This document shows, one piece after another, positions 54,874 through 64,000 of a stretch of 64,000 bases of DNA. How positions within the stretch are numbered: the first letter of the stretch is position 1; each line of letters starts with the position of its first letter. The position numbers and the translations under genes are program-made. The notes beneath the pieces are model-generated. The model was given only the letters and a program-made list of their open reading frames with translations, was not told the origin of the DNA and did no database searches. Source of the DNA: Candidatus Binatia bacterium (GTDB lineage: Bacteria; Desulfobacterota; Binatia; Bin18); contig OY761159.2 of the NCBI GenBank assembly GCA_963664395.2, positions 608,001 through 672,000 of the forward strand, written 5' to 3'.

Positions 54874-56013
54874 TCAGCCTCGAAACTGCTCCATCAAAGT
54901 AGTAAAGCGCTGGAACAAATAGGCCGCATCATGCGGGCCGGGAGAAGACTCCGGATGATACTGCACGGAAAAGAGTGGCTCCTGCGTATGCCGCAAGCCT
55001 TCCACCGTCCGGTCGTTCAGGTTGAGATGGGTGACTTCCGCCCGCTCGCACAACGAGTCGACGTCAACACAAAAACTGTGATTCTGAGCTGTAATTTCAA
55101 CCTTCCGGGTGGTGAGGTCCATCACCGGCTGGTTTCCACCGTGATGTCCGAATTTGAGCTTATAGGTCTGTCCACCCAGCGCCAGGCCCATAAGCTGGTG
55201 CCCGAGACAGATGCCGAACAGGGGGACTTGCCCCACCAGGGCGGCAATACTCTCTCTGGCATAGGACACGGCATCCGGGTCGCCCGGCCCATTCGACAAA
55301 AAAACGCCATCCGGCTTGAGACCCAGGACCTCCGCCGCAGGGGTGTGAGCCGGCACAACCCGCACCCGACAGCCAGCCTCAACCAGATGGCGCAGGATGT
55401 TGAACTTCACTCCAAAATCGTAGGCGACCACAGAGAAGCGCGGCTCGGGTGCATGCCCTGTCCCTTGCTGGCGATAGCCGCCCTCCAACTCCCAGTGGCC
55501 TTGGGACCAGTCATACGGCTCGCGACAGGTGACTTCTTTCACCAGGTCACGTCCAACTAAACTTGGCGCGGCTTGCGCTTTTTCCACCAAATGTTTTGGA
55601 TCAACATCGCGGGTTGAGATCACGCCTTGCTGGGCGCCGCCATCACGGATGCGGCGGACGAGTGAACGGGTATCAATACCCTGAATGCCCACAATGTCAT
55701 GCTCACGCATATAGGCGGCCAAACTCTTTTGGGCCCGCCAGTTACTTGGCCGTTCCCAGTATTCCTTGACCACGAAGCCTTCAACAAATGGCCGGCGGGA
55801 TTCGACATCTTCGGCATTGACCCCGACATTGCCAATCTCGGGATAGGTCATGGTGACGATCTGACCTGTATAGGAGGGATCGGTGAGAATCTCCTGATAG
55901 CCGGTCAGCGAGGTGTTGAAGACGACCTCGCCGACCGCTTCCCCCTGAGCGCCAAAGGCGCTGCCCTCAAAAACCGTCCCATCGGCAAGGGCTAAGAGTG
56001 CTGTGGGTCTCAC
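54874..56013 (-). CDS. carA: Carbamoyl-phosphate synthase small subunit
   Basis: [21 protein letters not shown] and QYHPE motifs. Confidence 0.98.
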   Translation of the reverse strand: MRPTALLALADGTVFEGSAFGAQGEAVGEVVFNTSLTGYQEILTDPSYTGQIVTMTYPEIGNVGVNAEDVESRRPFVEGFVVKEYWERPSNWRAQKSLAAYMREHDIVGIQGIDTRSLVRRIRDGGAQQGVISTRDVDPKHLVEKAQAAPSLVGRDLVKEVTCREPYDWSQGHWELEGGYRQQGTGHAPEPRFSVVAYDFGVKFNILRHLVEAGCRVRVVPAHTPAAEVLGLKPDGVFLSNGPGDPDAVSYARESIAALVGQVPLFGICLGHQLMGLALGGQTYKLKFGHHGGNQPVMDLTTRKVEITAQNHSFCVDVDSLCERAEVTHLNLNDRTVEGLRHTQEPLFSVQYHPESSPGPHDAAYLFQRFTTLMEQFRG

Positions 56014-57311
56014 GCCGGTTTGCCCTCCTGCTCACAGTCATCGTACACAATCCGCCCCTCAACCATGGTCAGCAACACCTTGCCGGTCAGCTCCCAGCCG
56101 GCAAAAGGCGTATTCTGACTGCGCGACCGAGAGGCGAGTGGTTCCACCTGCCAGGTCGCTTGGGTGTCAAAAAGTGTCAGGTCCGCCGGCCTCCCCACCG
56201 CAAGCGTGCCGTAGGGCAGACCCAGAATACGAGCCGGGTTCACACTCAGTTTCCGTATGGCTTCGGAGAGAGAGAACACCCCGTCTTGGACTAATTTCAG
56301 CGTCAACGCCAGGGCCGTCTCCAAGCCGGTCACACCGTGGGCGGCTTGGTCAAATTCAACCTCTTTCTCGTCCCGGTGATGGGGGGCATGGTCGGTCGCA
56401 ATGGCGTCGATTGTCCCATCTCGCAGGCCGGCCTTCATTGCTGCGACATCCTCAATCAGTCGGAGCGGTGGACTCATTTTCGCGTTGGTATTATAGCCCT
56501 CAACCGCCTCTTCGGTCAGCGTAAAATGATGCGGAGCCACTTCGGCCGTGACCGCCAGGCCCTCGGCTTTTGCCTGGCGCACCAATCCCACCGCGCGCAG
56601 GGTACTGATATGCGCGATATGCACCCGTCCGCCGGTAAGACGCGCCAGGGCAATATCGCGAGCGACCATCACCTCTTCCGCTACACTCGGTACGCCGCGA
56701 ATACCCAGCCGCACCGAGGTCGGCCCTTCATTCATATGGCCACCAGCCGAGAGGTGGACATCTTCTTCATGCACACTGATCGGCACGTCAAACATTGAGC
56801 AGTATTCCAGCGCGCGGCGCATGAGGTTGGCATCCATAACAGGCCGACCGTCGTCTGATATGGCGACAGCGCCGGCATCGATCATTTCACCGATTTCGGC
56901 TAACTCTTCTCCCTGGAGTCCCTTTGAAAGCGCTCCAATCGGGAACACCCGAGCCAGCCCGGCGCTGCGCGCCTGCTCAACGATAAAGCGGGTGACCGCC
57001 CCATTATCATTGACCGGATTGGTATTGGCCATACAGGCCACCGTAGTGAATCCGCCGGCCACCGCGGCTTGGGTTCCGGTCAGGAGTGTCTCTTTATATT
57101 CGTAGCCCGGCTCGCGCAGGTGCACGTGCATATCAATCAGTCCGGGGGCGACGACGCAGCCGGAGGCGTCAATCCGCTGCGCTTCGACCGAGGCAAAGCT
57201 GCCGGGCCGGCCCAGCTCACGAATCACGCCCGCTTCGATGACGAGATCGAGTTCCGCTTCCAGCCCATTGGCCGGGTCAATAACCGTTCCGTTCTGCACG
57301 ACTATGCGCAT
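56010..57311 (-). CDS. pyrC: Dihydroorotase
   Basis: [16 protein letters not shown] and ATDHAPH motifs. Located in the pyr operon. Confidence 0.95.
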   Translation of the reverse strand: MRIVVQNGTVIDPANGLEAELDLVIEAGVIRELGRPGSFASVEAQRIDASGCVVAPGLIDMHVHLREPGYEYKETLLTGTQAAVAGGFTTVACMANTNPVNDNGAVTRFIVEQARSAGLARVFPIGALSKGLQGEELAEIGEMIDAGAVAISDDGRPVMDANLMRRALEYCSMFDVPISVHEEDVHLSAGGHMNEGPTSVRLGIRGVPSVAEEVMVARDIALARLTGGRVHIAHISTLRAVGLVRQAKAEGLAVTAEVAPHHFTLTEEAVEGYNTNAKMSPPLRLIEDVAAMKAGLRDGTIDAIATDHAPHHRDEKEVEFDQAAHGVTGLETALALTLKLVQDGVFSLSEAIRKLSVNPARILGLPYGTLAVGRPADLTLFDTQATWQVEPLASRSRSQNTPFAGWELTGKVLLTMVEGRIVYDDCEQEGKPA

Positions 57312-57314
57312 GGT

Positions 57315-58358
57315 TTATTGCCCCACCGCCCGTTTCGGTAAAGAGCCTTCATCCCACGCACCGGGCTCTGTCTGCACATCGACCTTCTCCCGTCCGACAG
57401 CCTGCCCATTGGTCACAGATTGGTTCTGGGTCGCCAGCTTCTCCTGGGTCGTGAGCAGATAGAGGACGGCCATGCGGACCGCAACGCCGTTAGTCACCTG
57501 TTCGAGAATCACCGAATAGGGACCGTCCGCAACCCGCGAGTCGATCTCAACGCCGCGATTCATCGGACCGGGGTGGAGAATAATGACGTTCGGCTTGGCC
57601 TCTCTGAGCGCCTCGACGGTTAGGCAAAAGCGCCGCGCATATTCGTCCAGGCTGGGAAAGAAATTCCGCGTTTGTCGCTCACGCTGCAAGCGCAGCATCA
57701 TAATCGCATCAACATCAGCTAGGCCGGCTCGTAAATCCGTATACCGTTCGACACCCCAGCCGCTGAATTCCGGCGGCAGCAGGCTTGGTGGGCCGATCAG
57801 TCGGACTTGGGCACCCAAAGTGGTGAGGGCTAGGATATTGGACCGCGCTACACGGCTGTGGAGAATGTCGCCCACAATGGCAATGGTTTTTCCGTGAATG
57901 TCGCCGAGATGTTGACGAATGGTCATGACATCCAGAAGCGCCTGGGTCGGATGCTCATGGGTACCATCACCGGCATTGATGACCGGGCACTGGTTCAACC
58001 GGGCCAGCAGGTGCGGCGCACCGGACGCCGGATGACGAATCACCAGGGCTGCCGGACGCATGGCGCACAGGTTGCGAGCCGTATCAATCAGGGTTTCGCC
58101 TTTGTTCACACTACTCGTGGAGGCAGAGATATTAATCGCGTCAGCGGACAGGCGTTTGGCCGCGATCTCAAAGGAAGAACGCGTCCGGGTGCTGGACTCG
58201 TAGAACAGGTTAATAATGGTTTTCCCACGCAGCGTCGGCACTTTTTTCACTTCTCGTTCAGAAATCTCTCGAAAGGATTCAGCCGTGTTGAGCACAAACA
58301 GTAATTCGTCCCGAGACATGCCTTCGATTCCGAGGAAATGGCGCTGGGTAAACGTCAT
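57315..58358 (-). CDS. pyrB: Aspartate carbamoyltransferase catalytic subunit
   Basis: [26 protein letters not shown] and HPGP motifs. Confidence 0.97.
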   Translation of the reverse strand: MTFTQRHFLGIEGMSRDELLFVLNTAESFREISEREVKKVPTLRGKTIINLFYESSTRTRSSFEIAAKRLSADAINISASTSSVNKGETLIDTARNLCAMRPAALVIRHPASGAPHLLARLNQCPVINAGDGTHEHPTQALLDVMTIRQHLGDIHGKTIAIVGDILHSRVARSNILALTTLGAQVRLIGPPSLLPPEFSGWGVERYTDLRAGLADVDAIMMLRLQRERQTRNFFPSLDEYARRFCLTVEALREAKPNVIILHPGPMNRGVEIDSRVADGPYSVILEQVTNGVAVRMAVLYLLTTQEKLATQNQSVTNGQAVGREKVDVQTEPGAWDEGSLPKRAVGQ

Positions 58359-58367
58359 GGCGACCTC

Positions 58368-59024
<657 letters not shown>

Positions 59025-59232
59025 TGTCCTTTGTGTACCCCCGTTCCTCTTGACTGTCAAGGGATTGCCCATCCGACAGAGAAGAGCCCTCCCCCATCCC
59101 CTCTTGGGAGGGGTGGCCCGAAGGGCCGGGGTGGGTTTTGCATGCTTGCCTCCTTCTGACAGATACCACTTGCGCCCCTACGCTAGTACTGATAAATCCT
59201 TACCTATCAGGTAAATTAAATGAGATTCAACA

Positions 59233-59565
59233 GTGGAAATTGTCTTTCGGACCAGGAAACTCGCCAGAATCTTCAACTCTATCGATGCGCTCCGCAAACA
59301 GTACGGCGACCGCATGGCACGCACAATCATGACGCGCCTCGCAGTGCTCCGAGAGGCCCCGCCACTATCAATGGTGCCAACCCTTCCACCGAATCGGCGT
59401 CATCAACTTCACGGGGACCGTGCTGGACAGTACGCCGTTGATCTCACTCACCCGTATCGGCTGATTTTTGAACCGAGCGACACGTCCATGCAGGAAGCCG
59501 GCGGTGACATTAACACCGATGAAGTGATCGCAATCACGATCATCGAGGTCACTGATTACCATTGA
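59233..59565 (+). CDS. HigB-like (RelE-family) toxin
   Basis: MEIVF..RKL, HQLHGDRAGQYAVDL..PYRLIF and IEVTDYH motifs. Confidence 0.85.
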   Translation: MEIVFRTRKLARIFNSIDALRKQYGDRMARTIMTRLAVLREAPPLSMVPTLPPNRRHQLHGDRAGQYAVDLTHPYRLIFEPSDTSMQEAGGDINTDEVIAITIIEVTDYH

Positions 59566-59579
59566 AGGAGGCGAACACT

Positions 59580-60674
59580 ATGGACGCCACATATCCCTAC
59601 CAGCCCGACTACGCGGTCCCGCCCGGCTGGGTTGTAGAGGAACATTTGCAGAGTCAAAATCTCTCCCCGGCTGAGCTTGCCCGGCGGTGTGGCCGTTCCG
59701 CAAAGCTCATCAGCGAGATCATTACCGGCAAGGCTCCGATTGAACCCAAGACCGCCCTCCAATTCGAGAAAGTGCTCGGTCTTGATGCGAGCATTTGGTT
59801 GGGCATAGAGGCCCGCTATCAGCTTCACCGGGCGCGAGAGGTCGAGGCGCGAGAGGCCGAAGGGGCTATTTCCTGGGCGAAGGCGCTGCCTCTTAAAGAA
59901 TTGGTGAGACGAGGAAAAATCGACAAGCCCGCCTCTGATTTCGATGCGGTGTCAAAACTGCTCTCGTTCTTCGGAGTTGCCTCGGTCGAGGCTTGGCACA
60001 CGAAGTACGAACGGCTGAGTGTCGCGTACCGGCACTCGCCGAGTTTTGAGAGCGATAAGATGGCACTGGCAACCTGGCTGCGGCTCGGAGAGCTAGAGGC
60101 GGAACAGCAAGAGTGTGCCGATTATAATGAGGCGCAATTCAGGCGGGCGTTGAGAGAGATGCGGGGGCTCACGCAAGCACCTCTAAGAGACGCCTTGGAA
60201 AAGGTCCGGCAGCTCGGTAACGAATCCGGTGTTGCCCTGGCCCTGGTCAAACCTCTCCCAAAAACCGCGCTCAGCGGCGCGGCCTGGTGGCTCACGCCTC
60301 GCAAGGCCGTCATTCAGCTCAGCGCGCGCCACAAGACCGATGACCACTTGTGGTTCAGCCTGTTCCACGAGGCCGCTCACATTCTGCTACATAGCAAGAA
60401 GCGCGTCTTTATCGACGGAACAAAAGCGGATGAGGAGCCCACCGACATTGAGACGGAAGCCAATCAATGCGCTGCAAATTTTCTCATACCGCCGAACGAT
60501 TGGGAGCAGTTTGTCGCAACGTCTCTCTATGACGAAAGCGCTATTCGTCAATTCGCTGAGGAACAGGGTATCGCCCCAGGTGTAGTCGTGGGGCGGCTCC
60601 AACATGAAAGACAGCTCCCGTGGAGTCAATTGAATACACTGAAAGTACGTCTGAAGTGGGAGGCAACAGCATGA
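59580..60674 (+). CDS. HigA-type XRE antitoxin fused to an ImmA/IrrE metallopeptidase
   Basis: PDYAVPPG, HTH (ELARRCG.S.KLISEI), WFSLFHEAAH and E.EAN.FA-like motifs. Confidence 0.88.
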   Translation: MDATYPYQPDYAVPPGWVVEEHLQSQNLSPAELARRCGRSAKLISEIITGKAPIEPKTALQFEKVLGLDASIWLGIEARYQLHRAREVEAREAEGAISWAKALPLKELVRRGKIDKPASDFDAVSKLLSFFGVASVEAWHTKYERLSVAYRHSPSFESDKMALATWLRLGELEAEQQECADYNEAQFRRALREMRGLTQAPLRDALEKVRQLGNESGVALALVKPLPKTALSGAAWWLTPRKAVIQLSARHKTDDHLWFSLFHEAAHILLHSKKRVFIDGTKADEEPTDIETEANQCAANFLIPPNDWEQFVATSLYDESAIRQFAEEQGIAPGVVVGRLQHERQLPWSQLNTLKVRLKWEATA

Positions 60675-63600
60675 GCGATGGACCATATTCGCCCCCGGCT
60701 TCCTCGGAAAAATTCGACCGGCTGAAGGACATTCTGCGAACGATGTTCCAGCTTGACCGGGGAGACCTCGATTTCGGCCTGTATCGCATCATGAACCTGA
60801 AGGCGGAGGAAATCACGAATTTTCTCGACAATGACTTGTTGCCCCAGGTACAGACGGCCCTGGCGGGGAACACCGCCAACCAGCAAGCTGAATTGGAAAA
60901 GGAACTAGCTGAGGCCCGTGCAACGGCCTCAGGCTTAGGTGTCGATCCCGACACAACACCGAAGGTCGCTAAACTGAGACAACAACTGGCCGAGGCCAAG
61001 GCTGACACAGCAGCGGAAACCGATGTCTACAATCACCTCGCTAACTTCTTCGCCCGGTATTACGACGAGGGCGATTTCATGTCGCTACGCCGCTATTCGG
61101 GCGGTGGCCAGTCGAGCTATCTCATTCCCTACGACGGCGAGGAAGTAAAACTGCATTGGGCCAACGCGGATCAGTACTACATCAAGTCAACCGAAAATTA
61201 CGCTTCCTACGTCTTTACTGTGGGCGCGGAAAAACGGCGGGTACGATTTGAGATAGCCAAGGCGGATAACGAAAGGGACAACATCAAGGAAACGAGCGGC
61301 AAGCAGCGCCGTTTCCTATTGACTGAGAGCCAGAATACAAAGGCGGTTGAAATAGACAACGGCGAACTGGTCGTTCGATTTGAGCACCGGCCGCTAACGG
61401 AAAACGAAAAGATAACCTTCCCTGGCAACAACAGTCGGCAGCAGGACAGGATTAACGAGGCGACCGCAAAACGAATCCTCGAAGCTTTGGCTTTGGAACC
61501 GGACCAGCTGGCGTTACTCGCCACGCTCGCCCCCACGGAAAGCAACCCGGACCGCACCGTGCTGGACAAGCACCTTGCCACCTACACGGCCAAGAACAGC
61601 TTCGACTATTTCATTCACAAGGACTTAGGCGGCTTTCTGCGCCGTGAGTTGGACTTATACCTGAAAAACGACGTGCTGAACGTAGACGACCTGGAGGCCG
61701 GCGACACGGCCCGGCTGCACCGAGCGCTGGCACGTATGCGGGCAACCCGCCATGTGGCCGACAAGATCATTACCTTTCTGGCCCAGATTGAGGACTTTCA
61801 GAGACAACTTTGGCTCAAGAAAAAGTTCGTGCTGGAAACGCAATACTGCGTCACGCTCGACCGCGTGCCGGAAGCGCTCTATGCCGAGATAGTTACCAAC
61901 GAGGCGCAGCATGACGAATGGGTGAAACTGTTTGCCATTGACGAGATTGAGGGCGACCTAACCTGCTCGGGCTACACTCATCCGCTGACCGTAGAATTTC
62001 TCAAGACCAATCCATATCTGGTGCTGGACACTCGGCATTTCGACCGGGACTTCACGGACAGGCTACTAGAAGCGCTATCCGAAGCCGGACCGCTGCACGA
62101 GCAAATGGACGGGCTGTTGGTACATGGCGAGAATTTTCAGGCGTTGAACCTGCTGCAAGCTCGCTATCAAGAGCAAGTAAAATGTATCTATATCGACCCG
62201 CCGTACAACACGGGAGATGACGAGTTTCTGTACAAGGACGGCTACCAGTCGTCTAGCTGGGCAGCCATGATTTCGGACCGAGCATATTTTGCTCGATACC
62301 TCATGAAACAGGACGGACTTTTCTTTATGCAGATAGGAGATGAGGAACGCGCTCGAAGTCACCTCTTGTTGGACTCAATCTTCCTGGATCGTAAGAATAC
62401 CGTAGTTGTAAGACGCGGTATAAAAAATGTCCAAGCGCAGTTTAATGATATCGCTCGTTTATCGGCCGGGCACGATATCATACACATCTACGCCAAGACG
62501 CCTGAGCTTCGGGTTCCACATTTGCGACAGTTACACCAAGTGGAGAAGTTGGGGAAATGGGATACCTTTTGGCGCGGGACCGATCGCCATACGATGCGGT
62601 ACAATCTTTTCAATCGGTTCCCCGAGTCAGGCCAGTGGCGATGGGAAGAACAGCGGGCTCTCAGTGCCGTCCGGAACTATGAGGATTATCTGGCGCACGA
62701 GTCGTCCCGAAAAACATTGGATGAGTGGTATGTAGAAAATCTTCAGGCGGGTGTCGATCTCGATTTCGTCAGATGCAACGAAGACAACGTTGTTCAATAC
62801 TACGTTCCTCCCCAATCCCATAGACTGCTCAGTGACAACTGGCTCGACATACCCACAGCAGGCGCATTCGCCGGATTCCTGACCGAAAAGCACTTAGCGC
62901 TGCTTCAGAGAGTAATAACCTGGAATACATCGGTAGGTGAGATAGTTCTTGATTATTTCGCAGGTTCCGGCACGACCGGCCATGCGGTCATCAATCTCAA
63001 CCAACAAGACAATGGACATAGAAAGTACGTTCTTGTGGAGGTTGGCGACCACTTCAACACTGTGCTGCTGCCACGCATAAAAAAGGTCGTCTATTCCCCG
63101 GACTGGAAGGGCGGCAAACCGGTTTCACGTAGCGGTTCCACTCAACTCTTCAAGTACATCCGTCTCGAATCCTACGAAGACACACTGGACAGCCTGGAAG
63201 TGAAGCAACGGTCGAGTGAGCAACAGGGATTATTGGCCCAGAACCCTATCCTGGCAGAGGATTACCGGCTGCGGTATGCGCTTGGCGAGGAAACTTCGGG
63301 TAGCGCGTGCCTGTTGGGCAAACATTTCACCGATCCTTTTTCCTACACTCTGTCCGTGGTGCGTGACGGTGTTCGCCAGGAAGTGCCGGTCGATCTATCC
63401 GAAACGTTTAACTTCCTCATCGGACTGCGCGTCGAATCGCGCCAACGAATAGACGGCGTGCTTGCCATTATCGGTACGGATGCCGAGGGCAAGCGCACCC
63501 TGATTCTGTGGCGCGACCTGAACGAGATGGATAACGCTATGCTGGAAGCGTGGTTTGTTCGCCACCGTTCCAAGTTCGGACCGCTCGACCTCATCTACGT

Positions 63601-63706
63601 CAACGGCGACCACACCTTGAATGCCCTGAGAGGCAAGGCGGAGCATTGGACTGCTAAAGCCACAGAACCGATATTGTGGGAGTTGATGTTTGAGGAGAAT
63701 AAATGA
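60671..63706 (+). CDS. Type III restriction-modification methyltransferase (Mod)
   Basis: DLDFGLYRIMN, DYFIHKDL, IYIDPPYNTG, DYFAGSGTT and KYIRLESYED motifs. Confidence 0.92.
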   Translation: MSDGPYSPPASSEKFDRLKDILRTMFQLDRGDLDFGLYRIMNLKAEEITNFLDNDLLPQVQTALAGNTANQQAELEKELAEARATASGLGVDPDTTPKVAKLRQQLAEAKADTAAETDVYNHLANFFARYYDEGDFMSLRRYSGGGQSSYLIPYDGEEVKLHWANADQYYIKSTENYASYVFTVGAEKRRVRFEIAKADNERDNIKETSGKQRRFLLTESQNTKAVEIDNGELVVRFEHRPLTENEKITFPGNNSRQQDRINEATAKRILEALALEPDQLALLATLAPTESNPDRTVLDKHLATYTAKNSFDYFIHKDLGGFLRRELDLYLKNDVLNVDDLEAGDTARLHRALARMRATRHVADKIITFLAQIEDFQRQLWLKKKFVLETQYCVTLDRVPEALYAEIVTNEAQHDEWVKLFAIDEIEGDLTCSGYTHPLTVEFLKTNPYLVLDTRHFDRDFTDRLLEALSEAGPLHEQMDGLLVHGENFQALNLLQARYQEQVKCIYIDPPYNTGDDEFLYKDGYQSSSWAAMISDRAYFARYLMKQDGLFFMQIGDEERARSHLLLDSIFLDRKNTVVVRRGIKNVQAQFNDIARLSAGHDIIHIYAKTPELRVPHLRQLHQVEKLGKWDTFWRGTDRHTMRYNLFNRFPESGQWRWEEQRALSAVRNYEDYLAHESSRKTLDEWYVENLQAGVDLDFVRCNEDNVVQYYVPPQSHRLLSDNWLDIPTAGAFAGFLTEKHLALLQRVITWNTSVGEIVLDYFAGSGTTGHAVINLNQQDNGHRKYVLVEVGDHFNTVLLPRIKKVVYSPDWKGGKPVSRSGSTQLFKYIRLESYEDTLDSLEVKQRSSEQQGLLAQNPILAEDYRLRYALGEETSGSACLLGKHFTDPFSYTLSVVRDGVRQEVPVDLSETFNFLIGLRVESRQRIDGVLAIIGTDAEGKRTLILWRDLNEMDNAMLEAWFVRHRSKFGPLDLIYVNGDHTLNALRGKAEHWTAKATEPILWELMFEENK

Positions 63707-64000
63707 CGCCTCTCCAAAACCGTCTCGCCCTGTACCGCTTCATCTGCCGGGAGTTCGGCCACGACGATATGCAGATGATGCTGGAGCGGCTGGGTAGCGC
63801 GCCAGCCGGTTTTGGCGGTGATGGCGAGAGTAAATACGCCCGCGCGCTGTATCTGAATCCGACTCTCAGCACCGTCACGCCCGACCAATTCTCCACATAC
63901 GACGCCAACATCGCCGCGCATAGCCACAAGCTACACATGACCGGCGAGCACGGACGGGAATGGAAGCCCTATCAGTATCTTGCCCTACTGTTCACCGAAC
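63703..64000 (+). CDS. Type III restriction enzyme Res subunit, N-terminal part
   Basis: ATGA overlap with mod. Open to the window edge: MTPLQNRLALYRF...YDANI..H...WKPYQYLALLFTE. Confidence 0.75.
   Translation, partial: MTPLQNRLALYRFICREFGHDDMQMMLERLGSAPAGFGGDGESKYARALYLNPTLSTVTPDQFSTYDANIAAHSHKLHMTGEHGREWKPYQYLALLFTE

Overview
A GC-rich bacterial chromosome segment. The many amidohydrolase, LLM and MBL genes, npdG and the DUF507 pair suggest a Binatia/deltaproteobacterial-type organism; this is inference only. Core genes: tadA with tRNA-Ser(CGA), a sulfur/redox cluster (GST, Rrf2, sulfite reductase, msrB, cysK), groESL, ntrBC-like, thiE, dnaB, a split B12 acyl-CoA mutase, glpX-apgM-thrC-hom-alaC, recG, and pyrR-pyrB-pyrC-carAB with a PyrR attenuator. 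Four accessory blocks: (1) a tRNA-Ser-flanking island edge with a HicAB-like three-gene module; (2) an IS1595-family transposon (27254-30384) with 25-bp terminal inverted repeats carrying a methyltransferase-HNH fusion; (3) a defence islet with a Type IIG R-M enzyme, a DUF6338-like membrane protein plus an unannotated 54-aa GYQP peptide, and a decayed MazEF; (4) HigB/HigA-ImmA with a Type III R-M system. The strongest hidden signal is a glutathione S-transferase whose active-site position is an in-frame UGA followed 10 nt later by a perfect hairpin, a likely selenoprotein missed by the ORF track. Several genes show internal-deletion scars (cysH fused onto sulfite reductase, an SDR, a UDG-like gene, mazF), pointing to genome erosion. 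All family assignments come from motif recognition; no database searches were run.
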